Positions 38,994 to 49,227 of a stretch of 64,000 bases of DNA are shown in pieces. Numbering within the stretch: the first letter of the stretch is position 1; every line of letters begins with the position of its first letter. The notes beneath the pieces are model-generated. The model worked only from the letters and a program-made list of their open reading frames with translations, was not told the origin of the DNA and did no database searches. Origin of the DNA: Spirochaetia bacterium (GTDB lineage: Bacteria; Spirochaetota; Spirochaetia; CAKZLE01); the NCBI GenBank assembly GCA_963677595.1, contig OY782041.1, positions 480,001-544,000 on the forward strand, given 5' to 3'. Made by a program: the position numbers and the translations under genes.

Positions 38994-39923
38994 ATGTCAG
39001 GATCGATCATTCTCTACTTCCAGGAACATGCGAACAGTTTCCTTGACCTCCTGATGCAGGGTATAACGATGGCAGGAGAGCAGATGGTCTTCATTGCCGT
39101 CATCACCTTCATCATCTGGAACATCTCGAAACGAAGCGGCTACATGCTTACCTACACCCTCATGACCTCCTCGATCCTGAACGGGCTGCTCAAGCTGATC
39201 GTCCACTCCCCGAGGCCCTTTCAGGTGCTCGAGGGTATCGAGGGCAAGAGGCTCTCCACCGCAGAGGGATACTCCTTCCCCAGCGGGCATACCCAGGGAG
39301 CGGTCACCTTCTATACAGGTGTTGCTCTCTGCCTGAAGAAGCGGCGGTATATGGCGGCTGCCGTGATCATTGCCGGTCTCGTAGGGCTCTCACGGGTCTA
39401 CCTCGGCGTCCACTGGCCGATCGACGTCATCGGCGGGTTCACGATCGGGCTGCTCTATACCCTGGTCATGTTCACGCTCTTGGAGAGACTCATTGACGAT
39501 CCTATATTCAGGCAGCGGCTGAATCTCATAACGGCAGGTATCTCAGCAGCGGGACTGCTGGTCCTCATTCCTCTGGCTTCAGGGGATTCTGTCCATTATG
39601 AGCAGTACCACAGCCTGATCAAACTCCTGTCGATCACCGGCGGGTTCACGATCGCCTCCTTCTTCGAGGAACGGCAGGTCCACTACGATACCGCCGGGTC
39701 ACTGATGATCAAGCTGCTCAGGTACGTCATCGGCCTTGCAGGAGCCCTGCTTATCATGTACGGATTCAAGCTGATCCTGCCGACCCATGAGATCTCGACG
39801 GTGATTCGCTATGCAGGAGCCGCACTCTGGGCCTTCTACCTCTACCCGCTGATCGGCATCAGGATCCGCATGGATTCTGACGGTACGACCCTGTTCACCG
39901 TATTGACTCCTCCAAATGATTAG
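38994..39923 (+). CDS. PAP2-family membrane phosphatase
   Basis: K..VHSPRP, SFPSGH, SRVYLGVHW; SD AAGGAGG before MSGSII. Confidence 0.9.
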   Translation: MSGSIILYFQEHANSFLDLLMQGITMAGEQMVFIAVITFIIWNISKRSGYMLTYTLMTSSILNGLLKLIVHSPRPFQVLEGIEGKRLSTAEGYSFPSGHTQGAVTFYTGVALCLKKRRYMAAAVIIAGLVGLSRVYLGVHWPIDVIGGFTIGLLYTLVMFTLLERLIDDPIFRQRLNLITAGISAAGLLVLIPLASGDSVHYEQYHSLIKLLSITGGFTIASFFEERQVHYDTAGSLMIKLLRYVIGLAGALLIMYGFKLILPTHEISTVIRYAGAALWAFYLYPLIGIRIRMDSDGTTLFTVLTPPND

Positions 39924-39943
39924 AATACTATCTAATTATCTAA
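39903..39943 (+). promoter_or_regulatory. Promoter and operator of the ArsR/SdpI pair
   Basis: TTGACT-17-TACTAT overlapped by ATTAGA-N6-TCTAAT and a TATCTAA direct repeat. Confidence 0.65.
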
Positions 39944-39953
39944 AGAGGATGCT

Positions 39954-40217
39954 ATGGGTAATGTCTATAAGGCGCTCTCCGACCCCACACGACGTTCGAT
40001 GCTCTCGCTGCTGAAGGATTCCGATCTCACTGCAGGGGCGATCGCCGACCAGTTCCAGATGACTGCACCCTCGATCTCCCACCATCTCTCCATCCTCCAT
40101 GACGCAGGACTCGTGACCCGAAGGAAACAGGGCCAGCATGTCATCTACTCGATAAACACGACAGTCCTCCAGGATGTGATGAACTGGCTCATGGGACTGC
40201 AGAAGGACGCACCATGA
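39954..40217 (+). CDS. ArsR-family autorepressor (SdpR-like)
   Basis: KALSDPTRR, SISHHL, GLV; ATGA-coupled to the SdpI-like gene. Confidence 0.9.
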   Translation: MGNVYKALSDPTRRSMLSLLKDSDLTAGAIADQFQMTAPSISHHLSILHDAGLVTRRKQGQHVIYSINTTVLQDVMNWLMGLQKDAP

Positions 40218-40870
40218 AAGCATACAAACGGTTCTATTACCTCTTCATCCCTATTGCCCTATCATTGATCGCGACCCTCGTCATCTACTCGAAGCTCCCC
40301 GACCAGGTTCCCTCACACTGGAACGCAGCCGGGGAGGTCGACAGCTACAAACCACGGTACTTCGTCATCTTCACCGCCCTGCTCCCGGCCCTGTTCATCT
40401 GGCTACTGAGCGTCATCCCTGCAATCGACCCGAGGGCGAAGAGTTATGAGCAGCACAAGAAGGCATACTCCATCACCGCTGTCTTCGTCGTCATCTTCAT
40501 CCTGGCCATCCACTGGTTCTCCATCCTGGCGTCTCTCGGCATCATCCTCCAGATAGAGTATGCGATCAAGCCGATGATCGGTATCCTATTCATCATCATA
40601 GGGAACTACCTGCCCCAGGCAAAGCAGAACTACACCTACGGGATCAGGACTCCCTGGACACTCGACAACGAGGAGGTCTGGCGGAAGACGACCAGGGTCG
40701 GTGGAAAGGGGTTCGTCATCTGCGGGATCATTATCACCCTGACCGTCCTGCTCCCGGCAAGGCCCTCGTTCTGGATCGTGTCTGGGTCGATCGTCTCGCT
40801 GATCGTCCTGATCTTCCTCTACTCATACCTCGTCTACACGAGACTGGCAAGACAGGGAGACAAACCCTGA
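40214..40870 (+). CDS. SdpI/DUF1648 membrane immunity-like protein
   Basis: LPDQVPSHWN, IDP, GNYLP, GIRTPWTL. Confidence 0.9.
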   Translation: MKAYKRFYYLFIPIALSLIATLVIYSKLPDQVPSHWNAAGEVDSYKPRYFVIFTALLPALFIWLLSVIPAIDPRAKSYEQHKKAYSITAVFVVIFILAIHWFSILASLGIILQIEYAIKPMIGILFIIIGNYLPQAKQNYTYGIRTPWTLDNEEVWRKTTRVGGKGFVICGIIITLTVLLPARPSFWIVSGSIVSLIVLIFLYSYLVYTRLARQGDKP

Positions 40871-40980
40871 TCTTCGTAATATTTCACGTTATCTAGTGAC
40901 ATAAAACGCAAAGCACCGTAGTATAGTCCATGTGCCTCCCGTTAGGCGCAGAGAATTCTTTAATGAGATGAGTAATACAT

Positions 40981-42144
40981 ATGAGAAAGATAACAACTGG
41001 GCAATTCAATGATTCCCTCTATCCAATCATGGATGGAGTTGGTCTGGTAGCACGGAACTATGCCTACTGGCTGAATGAGAAATATGGGACCGGGTACTGT
41101 ATCGGGCCAAAAGTCCCCGGCTTCGTCGACACTGAGGACTTCATCATTCGCTTCCCGACAATCCCTATCCCAGGAAACGCCCCCTACCGGTATGGCCTGC
41201 CCTGGCTCAAGGGATTCTACAGCAGGATCGACTCGATACCTTTTGATCTGGTCCATACCCACTGTCCTTTCGTAAGCGGAAAAGTGGCCCTGCATGTTAA
41301 AAGGAAACGGAACATTCCATTAGTGACTACCTTCCACTCGAAATACCGGGATGATTTCAAACGGGCATTCAAGACAGAGACTTTTGCAGATATGGCAGTG
41401 AAGCAGATCATGAAATTCTATGATCAAGCAGATCTTGTATGGGTCCCCAATGAACCGACGATAGATGTCCTGAGATCTTATGGGTTCAAAGGCACCATCG
41501 AGGTAAGTATCAACGGTACAGACCTTATCAGCCCGACAGAGCAGGAGCTTGCAAGCCTCAAAGCAGCCGGGTATAGGAACTCTGGTGCCAAAGAGGGGGA
41601 TTTCATCCTGCTCTTCGTAGGACAGCACCGGTGGGAGAAGAACACGAAACTGATGATAGACGGTCTCAAGGAGATCTCTGACTCTGGCTATGCCTTCAAG
41701 GCATTCTTCATTGGGACAGGTCCTGAAGCCGATGAGATGAAACGGATGGCTTCTTCTTATGGCCTTGATGACAAGGTTGAGTTCAAGGGAGTGATACGTG
41801 ATCGTGAGGTGCTGAAATCATATTATGCAATCAGTGACATCTTCATGTTCCCGTCTCTTTACGATACTGCCTCTCTTGTCATGCGGGAGGCCGCAGCATT
41901 CAAGGTACCCACCGTCCTGGTCCGGGAGGCATCTACAGCAAAAGGGGTCGAAGACGGTAAGAACGGGTTCCTGATAGATAACGACTCTTCTTCCTTAGCC
42001 CAGAAGATCATCTATGCCATAGACCATCCGGAAGCACGTGATGCCGCAGGAGAGGGGGCGCAGAAGACTATCTACCTCCCCTGGGAAAAGGTGGTTGACC
42101 AAGTGCATGACAGATATCTGAAGATTATCAGGGATTATACATAG
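40981..42144 (+). CDS. GT4 glycosyltransferase (glycolipid synthase-like)
   Basis: DSLYPIMDGV, HTHCPF, TFHSKY, FPSLYDT...EAAA. Confidence 0.85.
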   Translation: MRKITTGQFNDSLYPIMDGVGLVARNYAYWLNEKYGTGYCIGPKVPGFVDTEDFIIRFPTIPIPGNAPYRYGLPWLKGFYSRIDSIPFDLVHTHCPFVSGKVALHVKRKRNIPLVTTFHSKYRDDFKRAFKTETFADMAVKQIMKFYDQADLVWVPNEPTIDVLRSYGFKGTIEVSINGTDLISPTEQELASLKAAGYRNSGAKEGDFILLFVGQHRWEKNTKLMIDGLKEISDSGYAFKAFFIGTGPEADEMKRMASSYGLDDKVEFKGVIRDREVLKSYYAISDIFMFPSLYDTASLVMREAAAFKVPTVLVREASTAKGVEDGKNGFLIDNDSSSLAQKIIYAIDHPEARDAAGEGAQKTIYLPWEKVVDQVHDRYLKIIRDYT

Positions 42145-42157
42145 AGAGGTTATAGAG

Positions 42158-43267
42158 ATGACATATGATAATATTGTAGTCGGTGCCGGGCTTGCCGGTT
42201 CTGTTTCTGCCAGGGCTCTTGCAGAAGCTGGTAAGAAAGTACTCGTGATAGAACGTAACGGTCATATTGCAGGCCATTGCCATGATTTCAGGAATGAAGC
42301 GGGTATCACGGTGCATACCTATGGACCGCATATCTTCCATACGAAAAGCAAGAAGGTATGGGACTGGGTACGAAAGTTCTCAGATTTTATCTACTACCAG
42401 CATCGTGTTCTCAGTTTTGCAAATGGGCAGCTCCTGCCGTTCCCGATCAACAGGGATACCATATCCCAGCTCTTTGGAGCAGATCTTACCATCAATGAGG
42501 TCGAGGAATTCCTTGCCGGAGAAGTCGCTGCTTCAGAATTCAGCACACCCCCAAAGAACTTCAGGGATGCCGTAGTCTCCCAGGTGGGGGAGACACTTTA
42601 CTCGACCTTCTTCGAGAACTATACCAGGAAACAGTGGGAACGGGATCCTGCTGAACTCTCTGCGGATCTTGCCAGACGGATACCTGTCCGAAAGAACCGG
42701 GATGACAGATACTTCTCCGACCAGTACCAGGGTATCCCGGCAAACGGCTATACTGCGATGGTTGAGAGCATCCTTGACCATGAGAGCATATCAGTCATGC
42801 TGAACACCGATTATTTCAACGTACGGGATCTCTTCAAGGCAAAAGCAACCATCTACACTGGGGAACTTGACGCATTCTTTGATTATACCTACGGGACCCT
42901 CGAGTACCGATCCCTTGAGCTAGAGTTCAAGACCCTCGACACAGCGGAATACCAGCGGGCTGCTGTGGTCAACTACCCGAATGATTATGATTTTACCAGG
43001 ATCACCGAATTCAAGAAACTCAGCGGAGAGATCTCAGATAAGACAACTCTCTGCTTCGAGTACCCAAAAGCATCAGGTGAACCCTATTACATCGTACCTG
43101 ACGAAAAGAACTCAGCTATGAGGGAACGGTACATGGAACTGGCAGCTGATCTTGAGAAGAAAGGGACACATCTCTTTCTCGGCCGTCTTGCAGAGTACAC
43201 CTACTACAATATGGATCAGGTCATAGAGGCTGCCTTGAAAAAAGTCCAGCCGCTGATTCAGAAGTAG
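42158..43267 (+). CDS. glf: UDP-galactopyranose mutase
   Basis: VGAGLAG, YGPHIFHT, YTRKQW, GRLAEYTYYNMDQ. Confidence 0.96.
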   Translation: MTYDNIVVGAGLAGSVSARALAEAGKKVLVIERNGHIAGHCHDFRNEAGITVHTYGPHIFHTKSKKVWDWVRKFSDFIYYQHRVLSFANGQLLPFPINRDTISQLFGADLTINEVEEFLAGEVAASEFSTPPKNFRDAVVSQVGETLYSTFFENYTRKQWERDPAELSADLARRIPVRKNRDDRYFSDQYQGIPANGYTAMVESILDHESISVMLNTDYFNVRDLFKAKATIYTGELDAFFDYTYGTLEYRSLELEFKTLDTAEYQRAAVVNYPNDYDFTRITEFKKLSGEISDKTTLCFEYPKASGEPYYIVPDEKNSAMRERYMELAADLEKKGTHLFLGRLAEYTYYNMDQVIEAALKKVQPLIQK

Positions 43268-43278
43268 CACAGGCAGCA

Positions 43279-43312
43279 AGGAGCCATTGCACACTACGTT
43301 TCAATGGCTCCT
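43279..43312. terminator. Hairpin between convergent glf and topA
   Basis: AGGAGCCATTG/CAATGGCTCCT 11-bp stem. Confidence 0.65.
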
Positions 43313-43316
43313 GCTG

Positions 43317-45872
43317 TTATTTCCCCGACTTCTTAATGATCTCCTCTACCTTCGCCATATCGAGGGATTCGTAAGCATCGTTCTCCTTGTATTCCTTGGG
43401 CAGTCCGATGTTCTTCTTCCCGTACTTGATGTACGGCCCGTACCGTCCGGAGTAGATCGCTATCTCGACCCCGGCTGCATCCTTGCCCATGCTCTTGAGC
43501 ACTGAAGCTTTCCCCCTTCCCCTCTTGGGTTCGGCAAGCATCTCCAGGGCTCGTTCGAGCGTCACGGTATAGAGGTTGTCAGTTGCCTTCAGCGAACGGA
43601 ACTCCCCGTCATGACCGACGAAGGGCCCGAACCTGCCGTTGTTCGCGATGACCTCCTTACCTGTCTCGGGATGTATGCCGAGGATCCTCGGGAGATGTAT
43701 CAGCAGGGAGATCTCCTCCACGGTCATATCATCTGCCGTCTTTCCCTTCGGGATGCTTGCACGCTTAGGCTTCGGGTTATCGGGGCTCTTCTCCCCGAGC
43801 TGGTAGTATGGCCCGTACCGACCGCTGAGCAGGTAGATCGACAGCCCGGTCTTCGGGTCTTCCCCGATAGGCTCAGGCCCCTCCTTCTGGATCGCTATCA
43901 GCTTCTGGATCTCCTCATCAGTCAGGTCAGCCGGCGCGATATCCTCCGGGAGCGATGCATGGATCTCCTCCCCGCACTCCTCGGCAGTGCAGAGGATGTA
44001 GGGACCGTACTTCCCGATCCTCACCCCGTCCACCGAATGGACCTGGGGCATCGCTATCGTCCGTGCATCATCCGGCTTGATGAGCTTCGCCTGGGTCTCC
44101 ACCTCGTTCAGGAGTCCCTCCTTCCCGAGGTAGAATGCCTCGAGGTAGTGGGCCCGTTCGGTGTCCCCCTCGGCTATCTGGTCCAGCTTTGTCTCCATAT
44201 CAGAGGTGAACCCGTACTCGATGAGGTTGGAGAAGTTCTTCTCCAGCAGCTGGATGACACCGAACCCGATGAAGGTCGGGGTGATAGTAGTCCCCACTTT
44301 CCTGATGTATCCCCGCTCATTGAGGGTGTTGATGATCGATGCATAGGTCGAAGGTCGTCCGATCCCGAGCTTCTCCAGCTCCTTGACCAGCGAGGCGTCG
44401 GTATACCGTGCAGGGGCCTTTGTCTGGTGGCTGACCGTCTCGATCGACCGGGGATTCAAGCGTTCCCCCTCCTTCAGTTCAGGCAGCCAGCTCTCGGAGT
44501 TGGCCAGCATGGCTTCGGGGTCATCACTGCCCTCCACATACGCCCTGATGAAGCCGGGGAAGATGATCCGTGTCCCCGTTGCGGAGAACTGCGCATCCTC
44601 GACGGTGAACACGACCTTCGTGGAGGCCTTGACCGCCTCGGCCATCTGGGTCGCGAGCGTACGCCTCCAGATCAGTTTGTAGAGGGAGAGCTCCCTCCCT
44701 GAGAGCCCGGATTCCTCAGGAGTCTTGAAGACCTCGCCCGAGGGCCGGATCGCCTCATGTGCCTCCTGGGCGCCCTTGCTCTTCGTCGTGTATTGACGGG
44801 GACCGTCAGAGAGGTAGTCCTTTCCGAAGAGCCTGGTGATCGCATCCCGTGCGGAAGCGATCCCGTCATTGCTCAGGGTGGTAGAATCCGTTCTCATATA
44901 GGTGATCAGCCCGTTCTCATAGAGCCGTTGTGCGACCCTCATGGTCTCTCGGGCTGACATCTTCAGTTTCCTGTTCGCCTCCTGCTGCAATGTGGAGGTG
45001 ATGAATGGAGGGGCAGGCCGTGACCTGTTCTCCTTCTCCGTCACGCTGTCCACTTCCCAGGGCTTACCCTTAAGCCGTGCAGCAAGTCCTTGTGCAGCGT
45101 CCCTATCAAGGACGAGGGAGTTCTTCCCGATATAGGCACCGGTCTTGGAATCATAATCCTTGCTGCCTGCGACCCGCTTACCACCGACTGAATCCAGCTT
45201 CGCCTCGAAGAGTCCCTCATCGCTCGCCTGTTCCTTAGAGAGGGTACCCTTCAGGTCCCAGTACTCAGAGGAGCTGAAGAGGATCCGTTCCCGCTCACGT
45301 TCAACGATGAGCCGCAGCCCGGGAGACTGTACCCGTCCTGCTGAGAGGCCGTAAGCGATCTTCTTCCAGAGCAGCGGGGAGATGGTATAGCCGTAGAGAC
45401 GGTCTAAGATCCTCCTGGTCTCCTGTGCATTGACCAGGTCCATGTCGATCTCCCTGCCTGTCTCGAGTGCCCGGTGGATCGCCTTCTTCGTGATCTCATG
45501 GAAGACCATCCGCTTGAAGGGGACCTTCGGTTTCAGGACGTTGACCAGGTGCCAGGAGATACTCTCCCCCTCACGGTCCTCATCCGTCGCGAGCAGCAGT
45601 TCATCGGCATCCTTGAGCCGGCTCTTCAGTTCCCGGATCACCTTGCCCTTCCCCTTCGGGGTCACGTAGAGGGGCTGGAACCCGTTCTCCACGTCGATCC
45701 CCAGCCTGGACCATTCTTTATCCTTATAGGCTTTCGGGATCTCGGTCGCGGTCTGGGGGAGGTCCCGTATATGGCCTACACTGGCTTCGACCACATAGCC
45801 TGTCGGCAGGAACTTCTTGATGGTCTTTGCCTTCGTTGGTGACTCCACAATAACTAGTACTTTCTTTGCCAT
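43317..45872 (-). CDS. topA: DNA topoisomerase I with Zn-free C-terminal repeats
   Basis: IVESPTKAKT, ATDEDREGE, SAGRVQS, ITYMRTD; repeated GRYGPY/GRFGPF motifs. Confidence 0.97.
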   Translation of the reverse strand: MAKKVLVIVESPTKAKTIKKFLPTGYVVEASVGHIRDLPQTATEIPKAYKDKEWSRLGIDVENGFQPLYVTPKGKGKVIRELKSRLKDADELLLATDEDREGESISWHLVNVLKPKVPFKRMVFHEITKKAIHRALETGREIDMDLVNAQETRRILDRLYGYTISPLLWKKIAYGLSAGRVQSPGLRLIVERERERILFSSSEYWDLKGTLSKEQASDEGLFEAKLDSVGGKRVAGSKDYDSKTGAYIGKNSLVLDRDAAQGLAARLKGKPWEVDSVTEKENRSRPAPPFITSTLQQEANRKLKMSARETMRVAQRLYENGLITYMRTDSTTLSNDGIASARDAITRLFGKDYLSDGPRQYTTKSKGAQEAHEAIRPSGEVFKTPEESGLSGRELSLYKLIWRRTLATQMAEAVKASTKVVFTVEDAQFSATGTRIIFPGFIRAYVEGSDDPEAMLANSESWLPELKEGERLNPRSIETVSHQTKAPARYTDASLVKELEKLGIGRPSTYASIINTLNERGYIRKVGTTITPTFIGFGVIQLLEKNFSNLIEYGFTSDMETKLDQIAEGDTERAHYLEAFYLGKEGLLNEVETQAKLIKPDDARTIAMPQVHSVDGVRIGKYGPYILCTAEECGEEIHASLPEDIAPADLTDEEIQKLIAIQKEGPEPIGEDPKTGLSIYLLSGRYGPYYQLGEKSPDNPKPKRASIPKGKTADDMTVEEISLLIHLPRILGIHPETGKEVIANNGRFGPFVGHDGEFRSLKATDNLYTVTLERALEMLAEPKRGRGKASVLKSMGKDAAGVEIAIYSGRYGPYIKYGKKNIGLPKEYKENDAYESLDMAKVEEIIKKSGK

Positions 45873-46072
45873 ACTTAACCCTTAACTCCCCTGTTGATCC
45901 CGGTGAACATGTGAGAATCTTCAATTTCATCGAGATGATTCTAAGATATATTCAACTGCAATGTCTCTATTATTACCTATCAATGAAACGAAAAGTCAAG
46001 GGGAAAAATCTTGATGCGCATCCACAATACTAGGTATACAGCCAAGTATCTTACTTTCATACAAGGTTTTAT

Positions 46073-47266
46073 TTACAGTTTTGCCAATCCTCCGGTTGAT
46101 GTCTCCCGATAGAGAGAAGGCAGTGCCTTGCCCGTCTCGTTCATGACGGAGACAACATCGTCGAAGGAGATCCTGTGCCTGCCGTCCGAGAGGAGGCTGT
46201 AGTTCATATGGTTCAGGGCCCTTGCCGAGGCCAGGGCATTCCGCTCGATACAGGGGATCTGCACCAGTCCCCCGATCGGGTCACAGGTGAGCCCGAGGTG
46301 GTGCTCCAGCCCCATCTCCGCGGCATACTCCACCTGGTAGTTCGTCCCTCCCATGAGCTGGGCACTTGCCCCGGATGCCATGGCACAGGCGGTCCCGATC
46401 TCCCCCTGGCACCCGACCTCCGCCCCGGAGATCGACGCATGCTCCTTGACGATCGCACCGATCAGGCCGGCGGTCGCCAGGGCACGGAGGATCCTGTTCT
46501 CGTTGATCTTGTAGACCTCTTTCTGGTACATGAGCACTGCGGGCACCACCCCGCAGGAACCGCAGGTGGGGGCTGTCACGATCCTGCCGCCGGAAGCGTT
46601 CTCCTCCGAGACCGCCAATGCGAAGGCGTAGACGCGTGAACGCTTGCCGATCGGACCGCTGAAGTGCATGGCCTTCGCATAGTATGAAGCAGCCTTCCTC
46701 GTGAGGTTCAGCCCACCGGGAAGGACTCCCTCGTGATCAAGGCCTGAACGTATCGCCTGCTGCATCACCTGCCAGACCTCGCGGAGGAACTCCATGATAT
46801 CTTCCTCCTCATGCTCGACGACGTACTCCCACATGGAACGGCCGTTATCAGTGCACCAGGAGAGAATCTCCCGCATCGTCGTAAGCGGGTAGATATGCTG
46901 CTCCCCGGGGTTTTCCCCTTCTGAGACAACCTTGCCTCCCCCGACGCTGTAGTAGAGCTTATCTGCCAGGACTGAACCGTCAGCGGAGAGGGCCTCGATC
47001 AGCAGGGCATTCGGGTGCCGTTCCCTGACTACTTCAGGTTTCCAGATGACCTCACAGGAAAGCCCTGCGCGGGCAGCCTCCTCGATGAGTGCGGCATCGG
47101 TCATATGCCCCCTGCCTGTCGCGGCAAGAGCCCCGAAGAGCGTGACCCGAAGGCTGTGCATAGAGGTGTTCACGGCAAGGAACCTCGCCAATGCGGTCCT
47201 TGGTCCCATGGTATGGCTGCTCGAGGGGCCATACCCGATACGATAGATTTCTTTAATCGATTCCAT
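46073..47266 (-). CDS. sdaA: L-serine ammonia-lyase, Fe-S dependent (single chain)
   Basis: GPSSSHTMGP, VTAPTCG, SGAEVGCQGEIG, GLTCDP, IPCIERN. Confidence 0.95.
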   Translation of the reverse strand: MESIKEIYRIGYGPSSSHTMGPRTALARFLAVNTSMHSLRVTLFGALAATGRGHMTDAALIEEAARAGLSCEVIWKPEVVRERHPNALLIEALSADGSVLADKLYYSVGGGKVVSEGENPGEQHIYPLTTMREILSWCTDNGRSMWEYVVEHEEEDIMEFLREVWQVMQQAIRSGLDHEGVLPGGLNLTRKAASYYAKAMHFSGPIGKRSRVYAFALAVSEENASGGRIVTAPTCGSCGVVPAVLMYQKEVYKINENRILRALATAGLIGAIVKEHASISGAEVGCQGEIGTACAMASGASAQLMGGTNYQVEYAAEMGLEHHLGLTCDPIGGLVQIPCIERNALASARALNHMNYSLLSDGRHRISFDDVVSVMNETGKALPSLYRETSTGGLAKL

Positions 47267-47400
47267 GGGACCATACTATAACTGATACTGACATTTGAAA
47301 AGGGAAATATTCCGGCTCGATTATCAACAGAACATTTCATAGTTGACAGGTTTCAGGGTTTAGTGCTATGTATATATTTACGTGTTCATACATTGAACCC

Positions 47401-47474
<74 letters not shown>

Positions 47475-47556
47475 TTAGTAAATGTATGTGACGTAAATAA
47501 TTAACTTTTCTAAACTGGTAAGGTGTAGCCGCAAAGTAGCCATTTAGGAAAGTACA

Positions 47557-48702
47557 ATGAGATACAAAGAACCTTTCACACTATACCCAAGAAAAATTTC
47601 TAGTGGCAAAACTGTTTGGTATTACCGCACATATGATGAGTATGGGGTTAGAACAACTGGGAAAAGTACGGGTGAAACCAATAAAACACGAGCAAGGCTC
47701 TATTGTCTGGATCTATTAAAGAAGGATCAACTCATTTCAAAGAAGATGTCATTCTTTTCTGAATATGCTGAAGGTTGGTTTGAATGGGATACCTGTTCTT
47801 ATGTTAAAACTCGTAGAGTGCGGGGAACAGAGAAACACCCCGGAATTAAAAAGAGTTATGCTGCAGATCTGAAAAATCGATTAAAAAGAGATATCCTCCC
47901 CTCTTTCCAACAATATAAACTCGATAAAATCACTCCAAGAATTATTGAGAATTGGGTGATTAAGAAACGTGATGATGGTCTTGCACCAAAGAATATTAAC
48001 AACTCACTCTCTGTTCTTCGAATAATGATGGAAGAAGCTCATAAGAATAAGATCATTCCGTCCAATCCGGCTGAACTCGTTCAACCTCTTCTTGTTGAAA
48101 GAAAAGTCAGGAGAGTCATCACCCTAGACGAAATCAGAGAATTGTTTGCTAAAGAGAATATGGAAAAACTATGGAAGAATAACATATATTACTACACTGC
48201 AAATTTACTGGCGGCCTCGACGGGAATGCGCCAGGGAGAAATACGGGGGTTATTGAAGAATCATTATTTTGGGGATTATGCTTTAGTAGAATTCTCTTAT
48301 GGTCAATTCGGCTTCACAACAACTAAAACAAATGAAAGAAGGAATGTTCCAATCCCTAAAAGAACACAGATATATATCGATATGCTGTGCACACAACCAT
48401 GGGATTATATTTTTACCATGAAAGGAACAGTTCCTATAGGAAGTAGCAAGCTAACAGAATCATTGTACTCTGCTCTTGAGTTGATGGGTATCACTGAGGC
48501 CGAGCGGAAAGAACGATACATTACTTTTCATGGGTGGCGACATTTCTTTAATACGTATTGTAGATCAAATAACATTGCAGACTCAAAGTTGCAATCTGTT
48601 ACAGGACATAAAACACAAGAGATGGTCGAGAATTATACCAATTTTGAACTTTCAGACGTTAAGGAGATTACAGAACTTCAGAACTCAATGTTTGTTGATT
48701 AG
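47557..48702 (+). CDS. Tyrosine recombinase/integrase
   Basis: Catalytic set TGMR, K, FHGWRH, GH, ENY; AT-rich; 82 bp after the tRNA. Confidence 0.93.
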   Translation: MRYKEPFTLYPRKISSGKTVWYYRTYDEYGVRTTGKSTGETNKTRARLYCLDLLKKDQLISKKMSFFSEYAEGWFEWDTCSYVKTRRVRGTEKHPGIKKSYAADLKNRLKRDILPSFQQYKLDKITPRIIENWVIKKRDDGLAPKNINNSLSVLRIMMEEAHKNKIIPSNPAELVQPLLVERKVRRVITLDEIRELFAKENMEKLWKNNIYYYTANLLAASTGMRQGEIRGLLKNHYFGDYALVEFSYGQFGFTTTKTNERRNVPIPKRTQIYIDMLCTQPWDYIFTMKGTVPIGSSKLTESLYSALELMGITEAERKERYITFHGWRHFFNTYCRSNNIADSKLQSVTGHKTQEMVENYTNFELSDVKEITELQNSMFVD

Positions 48703-49002
48703 GTTGATTACAAGATAATGGTTCTTCGTTACTCATTTGAAACCGATCATGCTAATCGGGTAGAAAGTGCACTACTCTTGGCACTCATGGTCTACACGAA
48801 ATACTGACCAGAGTATGACCATCGTACCTCAGAGGATATTCTCAGAAAGTTGCAGCCGGTTTTAGAGGTGATTGAAAAGAGATCATATAACTTTCAATCA
48901 ATGACTTATGAATATTATTTTGTTTTATAATGTTATGTAACATATTGTTATCAGCTCAGTTTTATATATAAGTAACTATCACAAAAAGTGAAAGGAGTCC
49001 CA

Positions 49003-49227
49003 ATGTCATTACTCTTTGCCTTGAGCAGTTTGGCAATTACCACCATTGGCCTCTTCATTGTTTTGCTCGGAGCAAGGCCTGACAGACTATTGGATGAAGG
49101 GGGCTCCCCTAACGGCCCAAAACAAAAACTTTCTCGGAATAGAAAGATTCTGATAGTTTTGGGTATCTTGATCATTGTGATTCATGCTGGACTTGCAACT
49201 CTTCATATTGTCGTTCATGCTCAATGA
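49003..49227 (+). CDS. Small two-TM protein (moron-like)
   Basis: SD AAGGAG, two hydrophobic helices, AT-rich, opposite strand to the late operon. Confidence 0.55.
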   Translation: MSLLFALSSLAITTIGLFIVLLGARPDRLLDEGGSPNGPKQKLSRNRKILIVLGILIIVIHAGLATLHIVVHAQ

